Shown here in pieces: positions 12,423-25,750 of a stretch of 64,000 nt of DNA; within the stretch, counting starts at the first letter, position 1, and every line of letters begins with the position of its first letter. Source of the DNA: Octopus vulgaris (lineage: Eukaryota); assembly GCA_951406725.2 (NCBI GenBank), contig OX597838.1, positions 5,332,001 through 5,396,000 on the forward strand, given 5' to 3'. Made by a program: the position numbers and the translations under genes. The notes under the pieces were generated by a model. The model saw only the letters and a list, made by a program, of their open reading frames with translations, was not told the DNA's origin and searched no databases.

Positions 12423-13187
12423 TTAACTGCTGTACAATCTTTTGTGCCATGCACAAAAAGATTCCTGCTCAGCAGCTGCCCTTTCAACAACACGTTGGTG
12501 GTTTGTGGTACGCACCACATCTGCGTACCTCCGTTTTGGGGCAGGTGATGCCTGGTCCATCCCATTTCCTTTCGGTGGTTGGTTTCTGTGGCAGGGTCCC
12601 GGATGTGCAAAGCGGCAGCCTGCACCTTCCTCTCCATGCCGGCAGGCACCTTTCAGGTAGAACCTACATACCCGTGTGCGCTGCTTGTTTCCATCCTTTT
12701 TGGCATATGGACCGTTAGGTTTGCCTCTGTCCCTGGCTGCCTTGTCCCTTGGCTTTGTCTGAGTTTTAGCTTCAGTTTTTCCTCTTTTTTTGGCCTCTTC
12801 ATCTCCATGTCCACGGCTTTTGGAGCCGGTAGGAGCATCCGTACCTGGGTTCACCTCCCGGGCAGGCCTATCGTTGGAGTTTTCTTCCTGGGCGTCCACC
12901 AGGTGGGGGTGACCCTCCTCATCTGCGCCCACGTCTCCATCCTTGCCATCTTTACTTTGTTCACGTTTTTCGCTGTTAAAAATGGCATCCAGTGTGTTTA
13001 TGTGCGATCTGACAAGTGCGTATGAGCGTACGAACTCTTGCCTCTTCCGCTCTATTTGTGCTGATGTCCTTTTGAATCCTTTGTTCTTTAGTGCTGCCGC
13101 AATTATGTTACTTGGACTTTCTCCGTCAGCGCATTGCCATCCTCGCAGGAACCACACCAGTTCATCACGTTTCCAAGCTCTGGACAT
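12423..13187 (-). CDS. LINE ORF1: N-terminal Myb/SANT(trihelix)-like domain, basic linker, CCCH zinc finger
   Basis: WKRDELVWFLRGW...IAAALKNKGFKRTSAQIERKRQEFVRSY resembles the GT-1/Myb_DNA-bind_4 pattern; CRFYLKGACRHGEEGAGCRFAHP is C-x7-C-x8-C-x3-H; lies directly upstream of ORF2. Confidence 0.8.
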   Translation of the reverse strand: MSRAWKRDELVWFLRGWQCADGESPSNIIAAALKNKGFKRTSAQIERKRQEFVRSYALVRSHINTLDAIFNSEKREQSKDGKDGDVGADEEGHPHLVDAQEENSNDRPAREVNPGTDAPTGSKSRGHGDEEAKKRGKTEAKTQTKPRDKAARDRGKPNGPYAKKDGNKQRTRVCRFYLKGACRHGEEGAGCRFAHPGPCHRNQPPKGNGMDQASPAPKRRYADVVRTTNHQRVVERAAAEQESFCAWHKRLYSS

Positions 13188-13199
13188 TCTTGATATATT

Positions 13200-13490
13200 A
13201 TCTATCTATCTAATTATGTTAAGTAATATTAATCCAAAGTAGGGGGGTAATAGAGAAAGAGAGCGTCTATGTACTTAAGGAGAGATTGGGAGCCAAGAGA
13301 AGAGAGCAGGAGAGAAGAGGAAGAGGAGAGATATTTTGTCTATCTATCTATCTATCTAGTTATATTAAGTTATATTAATCCAATAGTGCAATAGGGGGGT
13401 AGGGGGTAATAGAGAAAGAGAGCGTCCGTGCACTTAAGGAGAGATTGGGAGCCAAAGAAGAGAGCAAGAGAGTAGAGGAAGAGGAGATAC
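13200..13490. repeat. two-copy tandem repeat (~150 bp) in the putative LINE 5' UTR
   Basis: TAATAGAGAAAGAGAGCGTC...ACTTAAGGAGAGATTGGGAGCCAA occurs at ~13248 and ~13407. Confidence 0.8.
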
Positions 13491-15036
13491 TGAGTGCTGA
13501 AGGAAGATAGAGAAAGCCTCTAGAGGAGAGCTGAGATAGACAGAGAAAGCGCAAAGGGAGAGAACCGAAGAGACAGACAGAGAGATCTAAACGAAGCTAT
13601 TGGGCCAAGGAGGGGCGCAAGGGAGAGAACTGGAGAGACAGATAGAATTCTAAACGAAGCTATTGGGACATACATATGTATACACACACACACACACATG
13701 TACACACGTGTGCACATGCACATATATAGACAAGAGTAACAAGTGAGTACATAAAGAGACAATAATAATAATGAAACATATATAGGCATATATTACAAAA
13801 CATATATAAACATATATTACAAAGTAATAATAGTAAGAGATTATAAGACAATAATAATAATAAAAATGAAAAATAAAATAAAATAAAACAGCTGAAAGAA
13901 AAGAAAAGAAAGAAAGAAAAAACAGGCCAGGAGGTTTTACAGAGTTTATATATATATATGTAGTATATACATACGCACACATATATATATAACACACACA
14001 CATATATTTAACAAGTGATAATAATAATAGATCATAAAATAGTGTAATAATATATTTGTCCGCCGCAACAGACAAATTCTTCTATAACAAAACTATAACT
14101 AATTGCGACTATACCTTTAATAATAATTAAAACAGCTGAAAGAAAACACGCCAAGAAATGGCAATATATATTTATTTTAAGATAAACTAATGTCTCTTAA
14201 GATAAACTACAATACGATTCTACTACTAACACACATGCACGTATATATAGATATATGCGCACATACATATATAAACAGAGTAACAGGTAATTTATAGATA
14301 ATAGATTTAACGAAATTAACAGTAACAAGAATTTGTGATACGTTATATATATATATACGTGATATATATATATTTGTGATACGTTATATATATATATACG
14401 TGTGTATATATAGCGCTATGCACACAATTTTTGTTAAAATACTACATTAAATGACAGAAAGCCTGTTAGATCTCATTTCCCGAATCGAGAATTAAAAGTA
14501 AGGTACCCTAATATCTTGAAACCTGCTCGCCAGAATATTAAATTCGTTCGGGCGTTATCAGCATTACAGTAAGAACTGCAAAATCGCAACATACTACATC
14601 CCATCGAAAACAATTATAACTCGATGAAATTTTACACATACACATAGACACACACACGCGCATTTATGTATATATATATAAAGGGCATGGATACGTATAG
14701 CATACGGAGCGAACCCATGCACAAACGCAAATACAGACACATGAAATTCCATGGACGGCCATGACAATATCAACAACACATTTTAACAACGTCAGCAGCA
14801 ACGGTGGTGAGAACGATTGCAATAATAACAACAGCTACCATGATGCGGATACAAAGAGAAGACGAAGAAGAACAAGAAGATGATGATGAAGAAGAAGAAG
14901 ACGAAGAAGAAGAAAAGGAAGTAGAAGTGGATGAACAATAGGATTCACCAGTAGAAAATAAATTTCTCCCTTTAGAGAAATGTTGTCGTATGACGGGCGT
15001 AGAGATGTTCAACTAAGCCCTCGAATGCGCTTCGTT

Positions 15037-16312
<1,276 letters not shown>

Positions 16313-16843
16313 ATTAGCGATAGGATTAACAAGCACAAAATGAATAACGAAAGGGTGTACGGATTATCAATAGCCAGCCACTGCACCACACCACTTCATA
16401 TCTACTAGCACAACACGATATAAAAACAGTCACAACAAAAATAGACAATGTTATTACAAGAGAAGTATTTTCCCTAAAATTAGGAATATCATGGCGGAAA
16501 TTGAGACGAAAACGAGACAAGAAATGTTATGCAGAAATCATGAATAGAGAGAAGATAAGGGAATTGATAGATGGAAGGAGCTAATGAGCCGAAACAGGAA
16601 CTAAAGTGTGTACGTGATAACGTTTCGTAGTAATACGATACGCCGAGATTCTTTTAGCGATAATTGAATATCTAAAGCGTGTGATAAACTCATTCTATTT
16701 ATCTTAAATCGTCTGGGGGATTAACGTACAATGGCAACCAATTCAATTTGTTATTTAGGGCAGCGAATAAAATTTCGGGGCTAGTTTGCATAATATATCA
16801 CAAAGCAACGGTACAATGATGTACATATAAATAAATATGTGCA

Positions 16844-16903
<60 letters not shown>

Positions 16904-17136
16904 GGGACGAAAGTGCTCCCACGTACATAACCATATTAAATTATATGCCGATATACAGTGTAGAATGTAAATCAGATGGAGGAGTGTATGCGTGTGTGGG
17001 TGTATACATATAATCGCAAACGGGCATTCACTTGTGTATGTATACGTGAGTGTGTGTGTAAATGTATCTATATATACGCTTATATATATATGTGTGTATC
17101 GATATTCCATCTATGTATATATCTAGCTCCTCTCCA

Positions 17137-17194
<58 letters not shown>

Positions 17195-17326
17195 ATTCGT
17201 ATATATGTCCGTGTATATCTATCTATCTATCTATCTCTCTATTTATCTATCTATCAATCTATTTGTCAATATATATGCATATGAGTGTATAAGAGAGATA
17301 GATTAATATATAAACAGATAGCTAGG

Positions 17327-17389
<63 letters not shown>

Positions 17390-17462
17390 GTAGGTAGATA
17401 GATAGATAGATAGAGATAATAGATAAAGATTAATAGAAATATAGAAATATAGATATATAGGT

Positions 17463-17580
<118 letters not shown>

Positions 17581-17959
17581 CAATACATAGACATATGCAT
17601 AGGGTGACACAATTGGACGTAAATATTTTAACTGATTTCCTCTATCCCTCTTAGCAGATTTTAATTTCCCGATACGCTTATTCGACGAAGGATGAGTTTA
17701 GAAAACCTCCAAGTAGCGATACGCACCGTCAAAATATTCCGTGACAATTTAGATTCAAGTTTTAGATACTTAATTTGCTTGAATTGAATTTAACAATAGT
17801 TTTCAATTTAAAATGTTTGTCGATAGGTATGTACTAGCGTTTTTATGTCTGTCTGGACATGTGTACTGGCATGTACGTATATGCATACCTATTTATGAAT
17901 GCAAGAACGCACATTCGCACACACACGCACACGCATACACACACACACACACTCACGTA

Positions 17960-18003
<44 letters not shown>

Positions 18004-18104
18004 TGTATGGGTGCGTGTGTGTATTTATAATTGGAAACGCCTTCATCCACATGCGTGTGTGTGATCGTGAAAAATCGTCAAGCACCTAGGTGTATTTTGT
18101 GGAC

Positions 18105-18174
<70 letters not shown>

Positions 18175-18225
18175 GTCTGTCTGTCTGTCTGTCTGTCTCC
18201 CTCTCTCTCTGTCTATCTATGTCTA

Positions 18226-18276
<51 letters not shown>

Positions 18277-18340
18277 GTACGCACACACACATACATACAT
18301 ATATATGTATGTATGTTTATATATAAATGTATATATGTAT

Positions 18341-18392
<52 letters not shown>

Positions 18393-18904
18393 ATATATAC
18401 ATATTTGTACATATATATACATATATATATATATATACAAACACTTAGACGACACACGTAATCACTTACTTCGTGCATGTCTCTATTGTTTATGCGGATC
18501 TATCACATGCAGCAAGTGAAACGTAGCTAATAAGATAAAGGTTAGCGGCTTTGTAAGCGTTGGGCCGCTGGTTGTGGTGTGATGTATCTCTGTAATGCGT
18601 TTGGATGCAGAGAGCTAGTCTTCAGTGCAATCATCTGATGTGTTAGTACCTGGGAGAATAGCTATTCACGTTTGCTCTAACATTATTCTTGTCCGTTTGA
18701 ACTCTTATCGTTAAAAGCATTCCAGGCTTTTAAGTTGTGTGCAAGATAATGTTTTTGCGGGTCTTTGACTCTCCCGCTTCCGACGACGTTCCTATTATAG
18801 GTTGTACGTCGCATATTTCCTCTCCCCTCTTTCAAAACATTTTGTATTTCTCAGTGTACAACCTGTTTCGTTCTTTCAGTTTTCTGTAATTTATTTCCCT
18901 TTGC

Positions 18905-18972
<68 letters not shown>

Positions 18973-19127
18973 GTTGTCTGTCTGTTCGTCTGTATGTTTG
19001 TTTGTCTTCCTGTCTGTCACTAATAATCTCTTACATAATATACACACATACACACACACACACATATATATATATAATGCTTGTGTGTATATATATATGT
19101 GTGTGTGTGTATGTATACACACACACG

Positions 19128-19167
<40 letters not shown>

Positions 19168-19300
19168 CATACACACACATGTATTAAACCGTCCCTTCAT
19201 GAAATTATCGTATCCTAATTAAATTAAATATATATAGGGTGTATACTTTCTGTAGATATACATACATACATATATCTATAGATATATATGCTTATATGCT

Positions 19301-19332
<32 letters not shown>

Positions 19333-19410
19333 CATATATGTATGTATATATATGCTTATATGCATATATCTGCTTATATGTATATATATGCTTATATGCA
19401 TATATCTGCT

Positions 19411-19451
<41 letters not shown>

Positions 19452-20119
19452 ATGTGTGTGTACATATAATGAGCGTGAGCTTTATCATATAAATCTTAAC
19501 GTTCTCTTCTCACACGTATGTACGTGGGCATTACTCTACATCTACCTGTGCGTATGTGTGTGTGTGTACGTGACTGGTTACAAATACATCAGAGCGCTTA
19601 CCTATATATTTGTGTTTGTGAATCTCTATGCATATGCGGATATGTGAATATGCGTGTGTGCGTGGCAGCCTATATTAGATTGTGCACGTGTTAATTTGCT
19701 TATTGTCCTGATATATTTGTCAAGGAAATATTGGAAATTATACAATCACATTTTCAAACATTCATACATTTTTATTAAACTCAAATACAAAGAGCACGTT
19801 TATGCAACCGAAATAATAATAGAAAGAAAAAGTTAATCAAATATTTTAATGGTCAGTTATAATTGTTTTTGCACCAACTTTGCTTTCAGCACCCGTTCAA
19901 GCAAAACTTATGTAATATTTACGGTTTTAAACACTGAAGTTTTGCTTTCACACATCTGCATCGAAAGTGGCCCTCTTATAGCGGGCATCTAGCAAGGTTT
20001 ATGCTTCGTTTGTGTCCGGAGAAAACTTACAGTGGAAAACAGATTTGGTACAGAAATAATTGTAAGTTGTCATTAAAGATGCAATGAAGTTATTCAGTAT
20101 CTTGTTATTTGGATTATGT

Positions 20120-20466
20120 AGGAGGCGCAATGGCCCAGTGGTTAGGGCAGCGGACTCGCGGTCATAGGATCGCGGTTTCGATTCCCAGACCGGGCGTTGT
20201 GAGTGTTTATTGAGCGAAAACACCTAAAAGCTCCACGAAGCTCCGGCAGGGATGGTGGTGATTCCTGCTGTGCTCTTTCACCACAACTTTCTATTTAGTT
20301 GTACCTGTATTTCAAGGGAGCCGGCCTTGTCACTCTCTGTGTCACGCTGAATATCCCCGAGAACTACGTTAAGGGTGCACGTGTCTGTGGAGGGCTCAGC
20401 CACTTACACGTTAATTTCACGAGCAGGCTGTTCCGTTGATTCGGATCAACCGGAACCCTCATCGTA
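20120..20466 (+). mobile_element. tRNA-derived SINE (same family as 2021-2395), slightly 3'-truncated
   Basis: AGGAGGCGCAATGGCCCAGTGGTTAGGGCAGCGGACTCGCGGTCATAGGATCGCGGTTTCGATTCCC head and shared body. Confidence 0.88.
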
Positions 20467-20482
20467 TGTATGTTTATATATG

Positions 20483-20523
<41 letters not shown>

Positions 20524-21258
20524 TTGTGTTTGTGTGTGTGAGTATATCTGCCCTCTTGTGCGAATATACCCAGAATCTTTTCAGTTTAATGTAACTTCAC
20601 TTACAATGTTTGTGATATCATTCTCGATATACTGACTTATGTAAAGCAAACACACACATACACAAAAAAAAAACAAGAAACATTTTGTACTGAATATCAT
20701 ATCCCACAATAGAATCGAAACCGCAACCACACGTCTGTTAACACAATTATATGATATATAATTATAGTATTAATATATCATTATAACATTATAATTACAT
20801 AATTAATATATTCTCAATTCTACAGCACTAGCTACTTGCATGTGATGATATGACACAAGCAAAACAAGACATATCGATGTAGATTCAAATACTTTTCTTG
20901 TATCAGATTTAAAACCAAACTATTTCAGCTTAAAATCTTGTTTGAGCTTCTTAAAAATGAAATTTAATTGGATTTCATTGCAGACGTGTATGGCGGCAAA
21001 ATGGAAGTCTTTTTAACAAGTGACTGACTTTCTGTTGACAATGTTAATGTGATAGATCGAATGTTTCAATTGGTATTACTAATTGGAATAAATTGTCTTC
21101 AGTGTCTTAGAGGCGAATTTAATGCAAAACTGAATTCCATATTTTATTGGTGCACATACATATGTGTGTGTGTGTGTGTGCGTATTTATTTATGTATGTG
21201 TGCATATATATATATATATATATAAATGCATATGTATGTACGTATAAATATGAATATA

Positions 21259-21318
<60 letters not shown>

Positions 21319-21700
21319 ATGTTACATTACTCGGTAGTCAAGATAAAACTCTGAGTTTCAGATGCCGAAGTGGAAATCCACAACACCATCTCTTCGGTTA
21401 TCTGGCTATTTGAAAACGTTATGAAAAAATACCGTTAAAAATGAAGGGAAATTACTCTGTTATAACTCTGCTTTGCCTGCGTACTTATACATCGCTCGCA
21501 TTTTTCGTCATAAAAATTATATAAAAATACATAAAAATATATAAAAATATATAAAATCTTCTTGGGACATAACACAGAAAGCATGTTCTATCCGTTTTCT
21601 TTAGGGGACCAAAAACGTAACAGAAATTTAGTCACATGTGGGCATGATCCGAAAAGCTCTGTCCTTGTATTTAGACATGTGGTAGGGTCTAAGCTGCTTT

Positions 21701-22942
21701 TCAGATAAGCCATCTCTCCATGTCGCATAAACCGCACCTTCCGCTGCCGTTAGTATAGGGCTTACATCTGGCCAAAATCTTCCATTGTATGTTATAATCG
21801 ACACCTTTATCTCTTAAAGACCAAATATGATTGGATAATTGTGTCGCTTTTCTTTTGTTCCAGTGCCTAAAGCTCAAAGTGCGGTTATTGAACCTGGCCT
21901 TGAAATTACCCTCTGTCAGGCCCACGTATTTCTTCGTCGAAACGGTGTCTTTAGTGGTTATAGAGTTTACGGTAGCTTCATATATGATGGTCTTGGACAT
22001 GCAAGCTCCATTTAGCGGGCACAATTCTTTATTCCTGCATGAACAGCTGTTTTCTTCTTGTGTTTTTTGTATGTTATGATTGATTATGTTTTTAAAATTG
22101 GTAGTTGAACTAAAACTAATTTTTAAATTGTGTCTATTGAAGAGTTTCCTATAAGCATGGTTAACTGGAAAATGTCTATCTATCAGTGCTAGGAAATATT
22201 TACCTATATTGAAGGCCACCTCGGGTGAGTAAGGGGGCGTAAACCAGATGACCTTCCTATTTCTATTATTCCTTTTCCTTATTGTTGGGCTGGTGATAGG
22301 TGTATATTTTATTTTTTCGCTAAAACCACTATCTTTTAAAGCTTTATTATAAACTGGGGCAACGCTATTGAAGATGTCCTCATTAGATGAGAGGCTAGAA
22401 ATCCTCTTACTAATATTTTTAACTAAATTTTTGAATACTATAGGGGGATGGCATGAACCTACATTAATATAACTTAGTCTATCATTGGGCTTCCTATAAG
22501 GCTTATAAATATTATTATTAAGATCTAAGGAAACGTCTAAGAAATTGACAACCGTCAGGTTAGTGTCTATAGTTATACTAAGTCCGAAGTGTTTCATTAA
22601 CTGGATAATATCCTTCCTAAAACGATCTTGTGCTGGTCCATTTGTATTAGCTGTTAAGGCGAGGGCATCATCTTTGTAGATGGCGAAATGTACGTTAGGG
22701 AATGTCTTACCGAAGGTATCTAGGAGAAAGAGTCCAATTAGATCACAGATGCCTGCCCCATCATATGAACCCATGCTCACATCGAAAGCGCCCTCCGTGT
22801 CGGTGTTTTTTACCCACTTTGCATTCTCACTGAAAAGTAATGTCTTTCTAGCATGGAAGATTATATCCTTATCATTGGTACTAATTTCTATGAAGTCACT
22901 AGCGAAGATTAGGGCTTTATCTAGCAGTTCTTTGGAGATAGA
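21701..22942 (-). pseudogene. PLE reverse transcriptase (C-terminal half) + GIY-YIG endonuclease
   Basis: SISKELLDKAL, FDVSMGSYDGA, YKDD, VNFLDVSLDL, YKPYRKPND, HPP, WFTPPYS, CSCRNKELCPLNGAC, IIYEATV...KYVGLTEGNFKARF, CGLC. A 1-nt deletion near 21702 makes a premature stop; the inverted copy keeps the longer C-terminus. Confidence 0.9.
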
Positions 22943-22952
22943 TAAACAGGTA

Positions 22953-23072
22953 ATGCTTACGGCACCTAGGGTTCCCAAGCGGTCACCCATCTAAGTACTA
23001 ACTAGGCTCGATGTTGCTTAACTTCGGTGATCGGACGAGAACCGGTGCTTTCAACGTGATATGGCCGTAAGC
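22953..23072 (-). rRNA. 5S rRNA copy 1 (retroposed, inside PLE)
   Basis: Minus strand GCTTACGGCCATATCACGTTGAAAGCACCGGTTCTCGTCCGATCACCGAAGTTAAGC...AGTACTTAGATGGGTGACCGCTTGGGAACCCTAGGTGCCGTAAGC; helix I GCTTACGGC/GCCGTAAGC is perfect; 120 nt. Confidence 0.95.
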
Positions 23073-23082
23073 TAAACAGGTA

Positions 23083-23202
23083 ATGCTTACGGCACCTAGG
23101 GTTCCCAAGCGGTCACCCATCTAAGTACTAACTAGGCTCGATGTTGCTTAACTTCGGTGATCGGACGAGAACCGGTGCTTTCAACGTGATATGGCCGTAA
23201 GC
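23083..23202 (-). rRNA. 5S rRNA copy 2 (identical, head-to-tail with copy 1)
   Basis: Base-for-base identical to 22953-23072; the repeat unit is 130 bp (22943-23072, 23073-23202) with no NTS. Confidence 0.95.
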
Positions 23203-23559
23203 CCTATACTAACGGCAGCGGAAGGTGCAGTTTATGCGACATGGAGAGATGGCTTATCTGGAAAAGCAGCTTAGACCCTACCACATGTCTAAATACAAGG
23301 ACAGAGCTTTTCGGATCATGCCCACATGTGACTAAATTTCTGTTACGTTTTTGGTCCCCTAAAGAAAACGGATAGAACATGCTTTCTGTGTTATGTCCCA
23401 AGAAGATTTTATATATTTTTATATATTTTTATGTATTTTTATATAATTTTTATGACGAAAAATGCGAGCGATGTATAAGTACGCAGGCAAAGCAGAGTTA
23501 TAACAGAGTAATTTCCCTTCATTTTTAACGGTATTTTTTCATAACGTTTTCAAATAGCC

Positions 23560-23622
23560 AGATAACCGAAGAGATGGTGTTGTGGATTTCCACTTCGGCA
23601 TCTGAAACTCAGAGTTTTATCT
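23560..23622 (+). ncRNA. type I hammerhead ribozyme-like motif in PLE pLTR (mirror copy at 21341-21403, minus)
   Basis: AGATAA-CCGAAGA-GATG...CATC-T-GAAA-CTCAGAG-TT-TTATCT: stem I AGATAA/TTATCT, stem II GATG/CATC; core carries a U4C variant. Confidence 0.7.
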
Positions 23623-23718
23623 TGACTACCGAGTAATGTAACATATTGTATAGATAAATTTCCTCTATTTACATAATATTGAGGTCTCTTTCTTTCTTTT
23701 GTTATCTTACCGTTTTAT

Positions 23719-23790
<72 letters not shown>

Positions 23791-24004
23791 TATATATATA
23801 CGCACACACGTACATATAAATATACATATATGAATATATGTATATATGTGGTGTGATCAATACCTATCCGGACTGTTGCTATAGTAACGAAGCTTAACCC
23901 CGCAGAGTAAACCCGCTTGGTACAGACTAATCTTGCCATATGTCGTGCATGCGCACTACGTTTTAACATTCTAGCTCATGTCCACTGTTAACACACACAG
24001 ATAT

Positions 24005-24083
<79 letters not shown>

Positions 24084-24100
24084 GTGTGTGTGTGTGTGTG

Positions 24101-24156
<56 letters not shown>

Positions 24157-24944
24157 AGGTGCTTCCAAGTTATCTTAGATATCGCATGACATGTGCCTGC
24201 TCGAAAATTTTCACCTTTTTACGCCTTATTTTTAGCCCCAAATAGCTTATATTTATATATCTCTATTTCTATGTTAATGGTAAAAATAAGGCAACTCCGC
24301 AAAACACAGACTTTTATACACAGATGCACAGAATAACAGAAATCAAATGACGACAGTAGAGTGCACAAGAAACATCAGGGATCCGACTGTCACCTGTACT
24401 CTTGACAATAGATACCAATTAGCCTTTTTAACCTGCCAGGCTCGTTCGTATTCGCCCAAGTGGCTGGATAATTTTCGTTCCTTTAAGAAAATTGAAGAAC
24501 GGGATCTTTCCATAGATTGGAATTTAAATCCTAATCTCTATAGAAATTTATTCTCTCAAGAAATCATTGAACTAGTTGTAAATTTTACGATTGTAGATAA
24601 CAACTTGGGCTATAACTTCTGAGCTCAAGTCAGACGCCTGTGAATGATGTCTAGAGATCGTCTGCTACGAATGATATTTTTTGACGGCCGCCAGCCGCCG
24701 AGGAAAAATAAATAAACAGCGACTAGGCCCAGTAAAAGGAGCCTGAGGTACTGGCTGAAATTACGCAGTTGAAGTCCGTGTTGGCAGCAATTAAATCAGC
24801 TTGCAAATACACGTTCACATTACTAAATTTATACTCGGGCTAAGCCCGAACCGCCCGACCGCCGGAATCACCACTGATGCACACAGACACACATAGAGGC
24901 ACACACACATACATATACATATAATTCTATTTATCTATCCATCG

Positions 24945-24981
<37 letters not shown>

Positions 24982-25092
24982 ATATATTATATATATTATA
25001 TTTATGCAGATGAATATATATATGTATATAAATATATATATATGTATGTATGTATGTATATGTATGTATATATATATATATACATATACATA

Positions 25093-25750
25093 AATTGATC
25101 AAAATAAAAACATGATGCGAAGGATTCAGCGGTACATATGTTTCGGGCCTTTATTAGACAGATTTATAACAATGCATAATGTATGTCTGTGGCCTTCTTC
25201 AGCCGCGCACAACAGCTTCCACAAGGACATGTGTTACATCAAAAATTCTTGGTTGGGGATGCAAATCCTCTCATTCGCGTACGACATAATGCGGCAGCAG
25301 CATAGAATTGAAGCGTCCATCTCTTCTTCTCTCAATGTAGAATGAGGAAAATTGGATGTTGAAGTAATGTAAATAAATAAATACATATATAGACGTGAAG
25401 ATGGAGGGCGAGAATTCAGGACGAGGGCTAAAAAATTTATAAAAAGTGTAAGTATAGAAAAATATAAAAATGTGGAATAAAGATATAAAGAGATATAAGG
25501 AGATGTAAAGGGGTATAAAGAATATAAGGAAATATAAAGAAATATAAATAAATGTAAAGGCATATATATATAGAAATAAAAGTAAAAAAACATGATAAAA
25601 ATGTAAAAGAATATAAAAAATATAAAGATAAGGGATATAGGAGATTGATAAAATTTAGTTGTAGAATTGTCAGTAAATCAACAGTTTCGTCTGGGGACCT
25701 AATGTGTTGTAAATCAGAGCTGTTGAGCGTTTAATCTGGTTCCTTGAATA
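25093..25750 (-). mobile_element. Penelope-like element 3' fragment / pLTR (different family)
   Basis: Contains a hammerhead at 25129-25206, has a T/C-rich tract on the element strand and abuts (TA)n; boundaries approximate. Confidence 0.55.
25129..25206 (-). ncRNA. type I hammerhead ribozyme with canonical core
   Basis: Minus strand GCGG-CTGAAGA-A-GGCC...GGCC-C-GAAA-CATATG-TA-CCGC: stem I GCGG/CCGC, palindromic helix III ACATATGT, GUA cleavage triplet. Confidence 0.8.

Larger units (their letters stand above)
9258..13700 (-). mobile_element. near full-length CR1-group non-LTR retrotransposon (LINE)
   Basis: ORF1, APE endonuclease and RT on the minus strand, ~70-bp 3' UTR, (TCAA)n tail at 9258-9281 abutting (TA)n, and a tandemly duplicated upstream segment. 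The 5' boundary is approximate. Confidence 0.92.
21313..23717 (-). mobile_element. Penelope-like element (Naiad-type), 5'-truncated, with inverted pseudo-LTR and captured 5S rRNA copies
   Basis: RT C-half plus GIY-YIG ORF; 21313-21765 is an inverted, near-identical copy of 23197-23651; flanked by (TA)n on both sides. Confidence 0.92.

Noticed and set aside
9277-13242. Plus-strand ORFs overlapping the LINE
   Set aside because: Antisense shadows of the GC-richer LINE coding sequence with no independent motifs.
22943-23202. Functional 5S rDNA tandem array
   Set aside because: Only two units, no non-transcribed spacer or upstream flank, no T4 terminator, and embedded in a retroelement junction.
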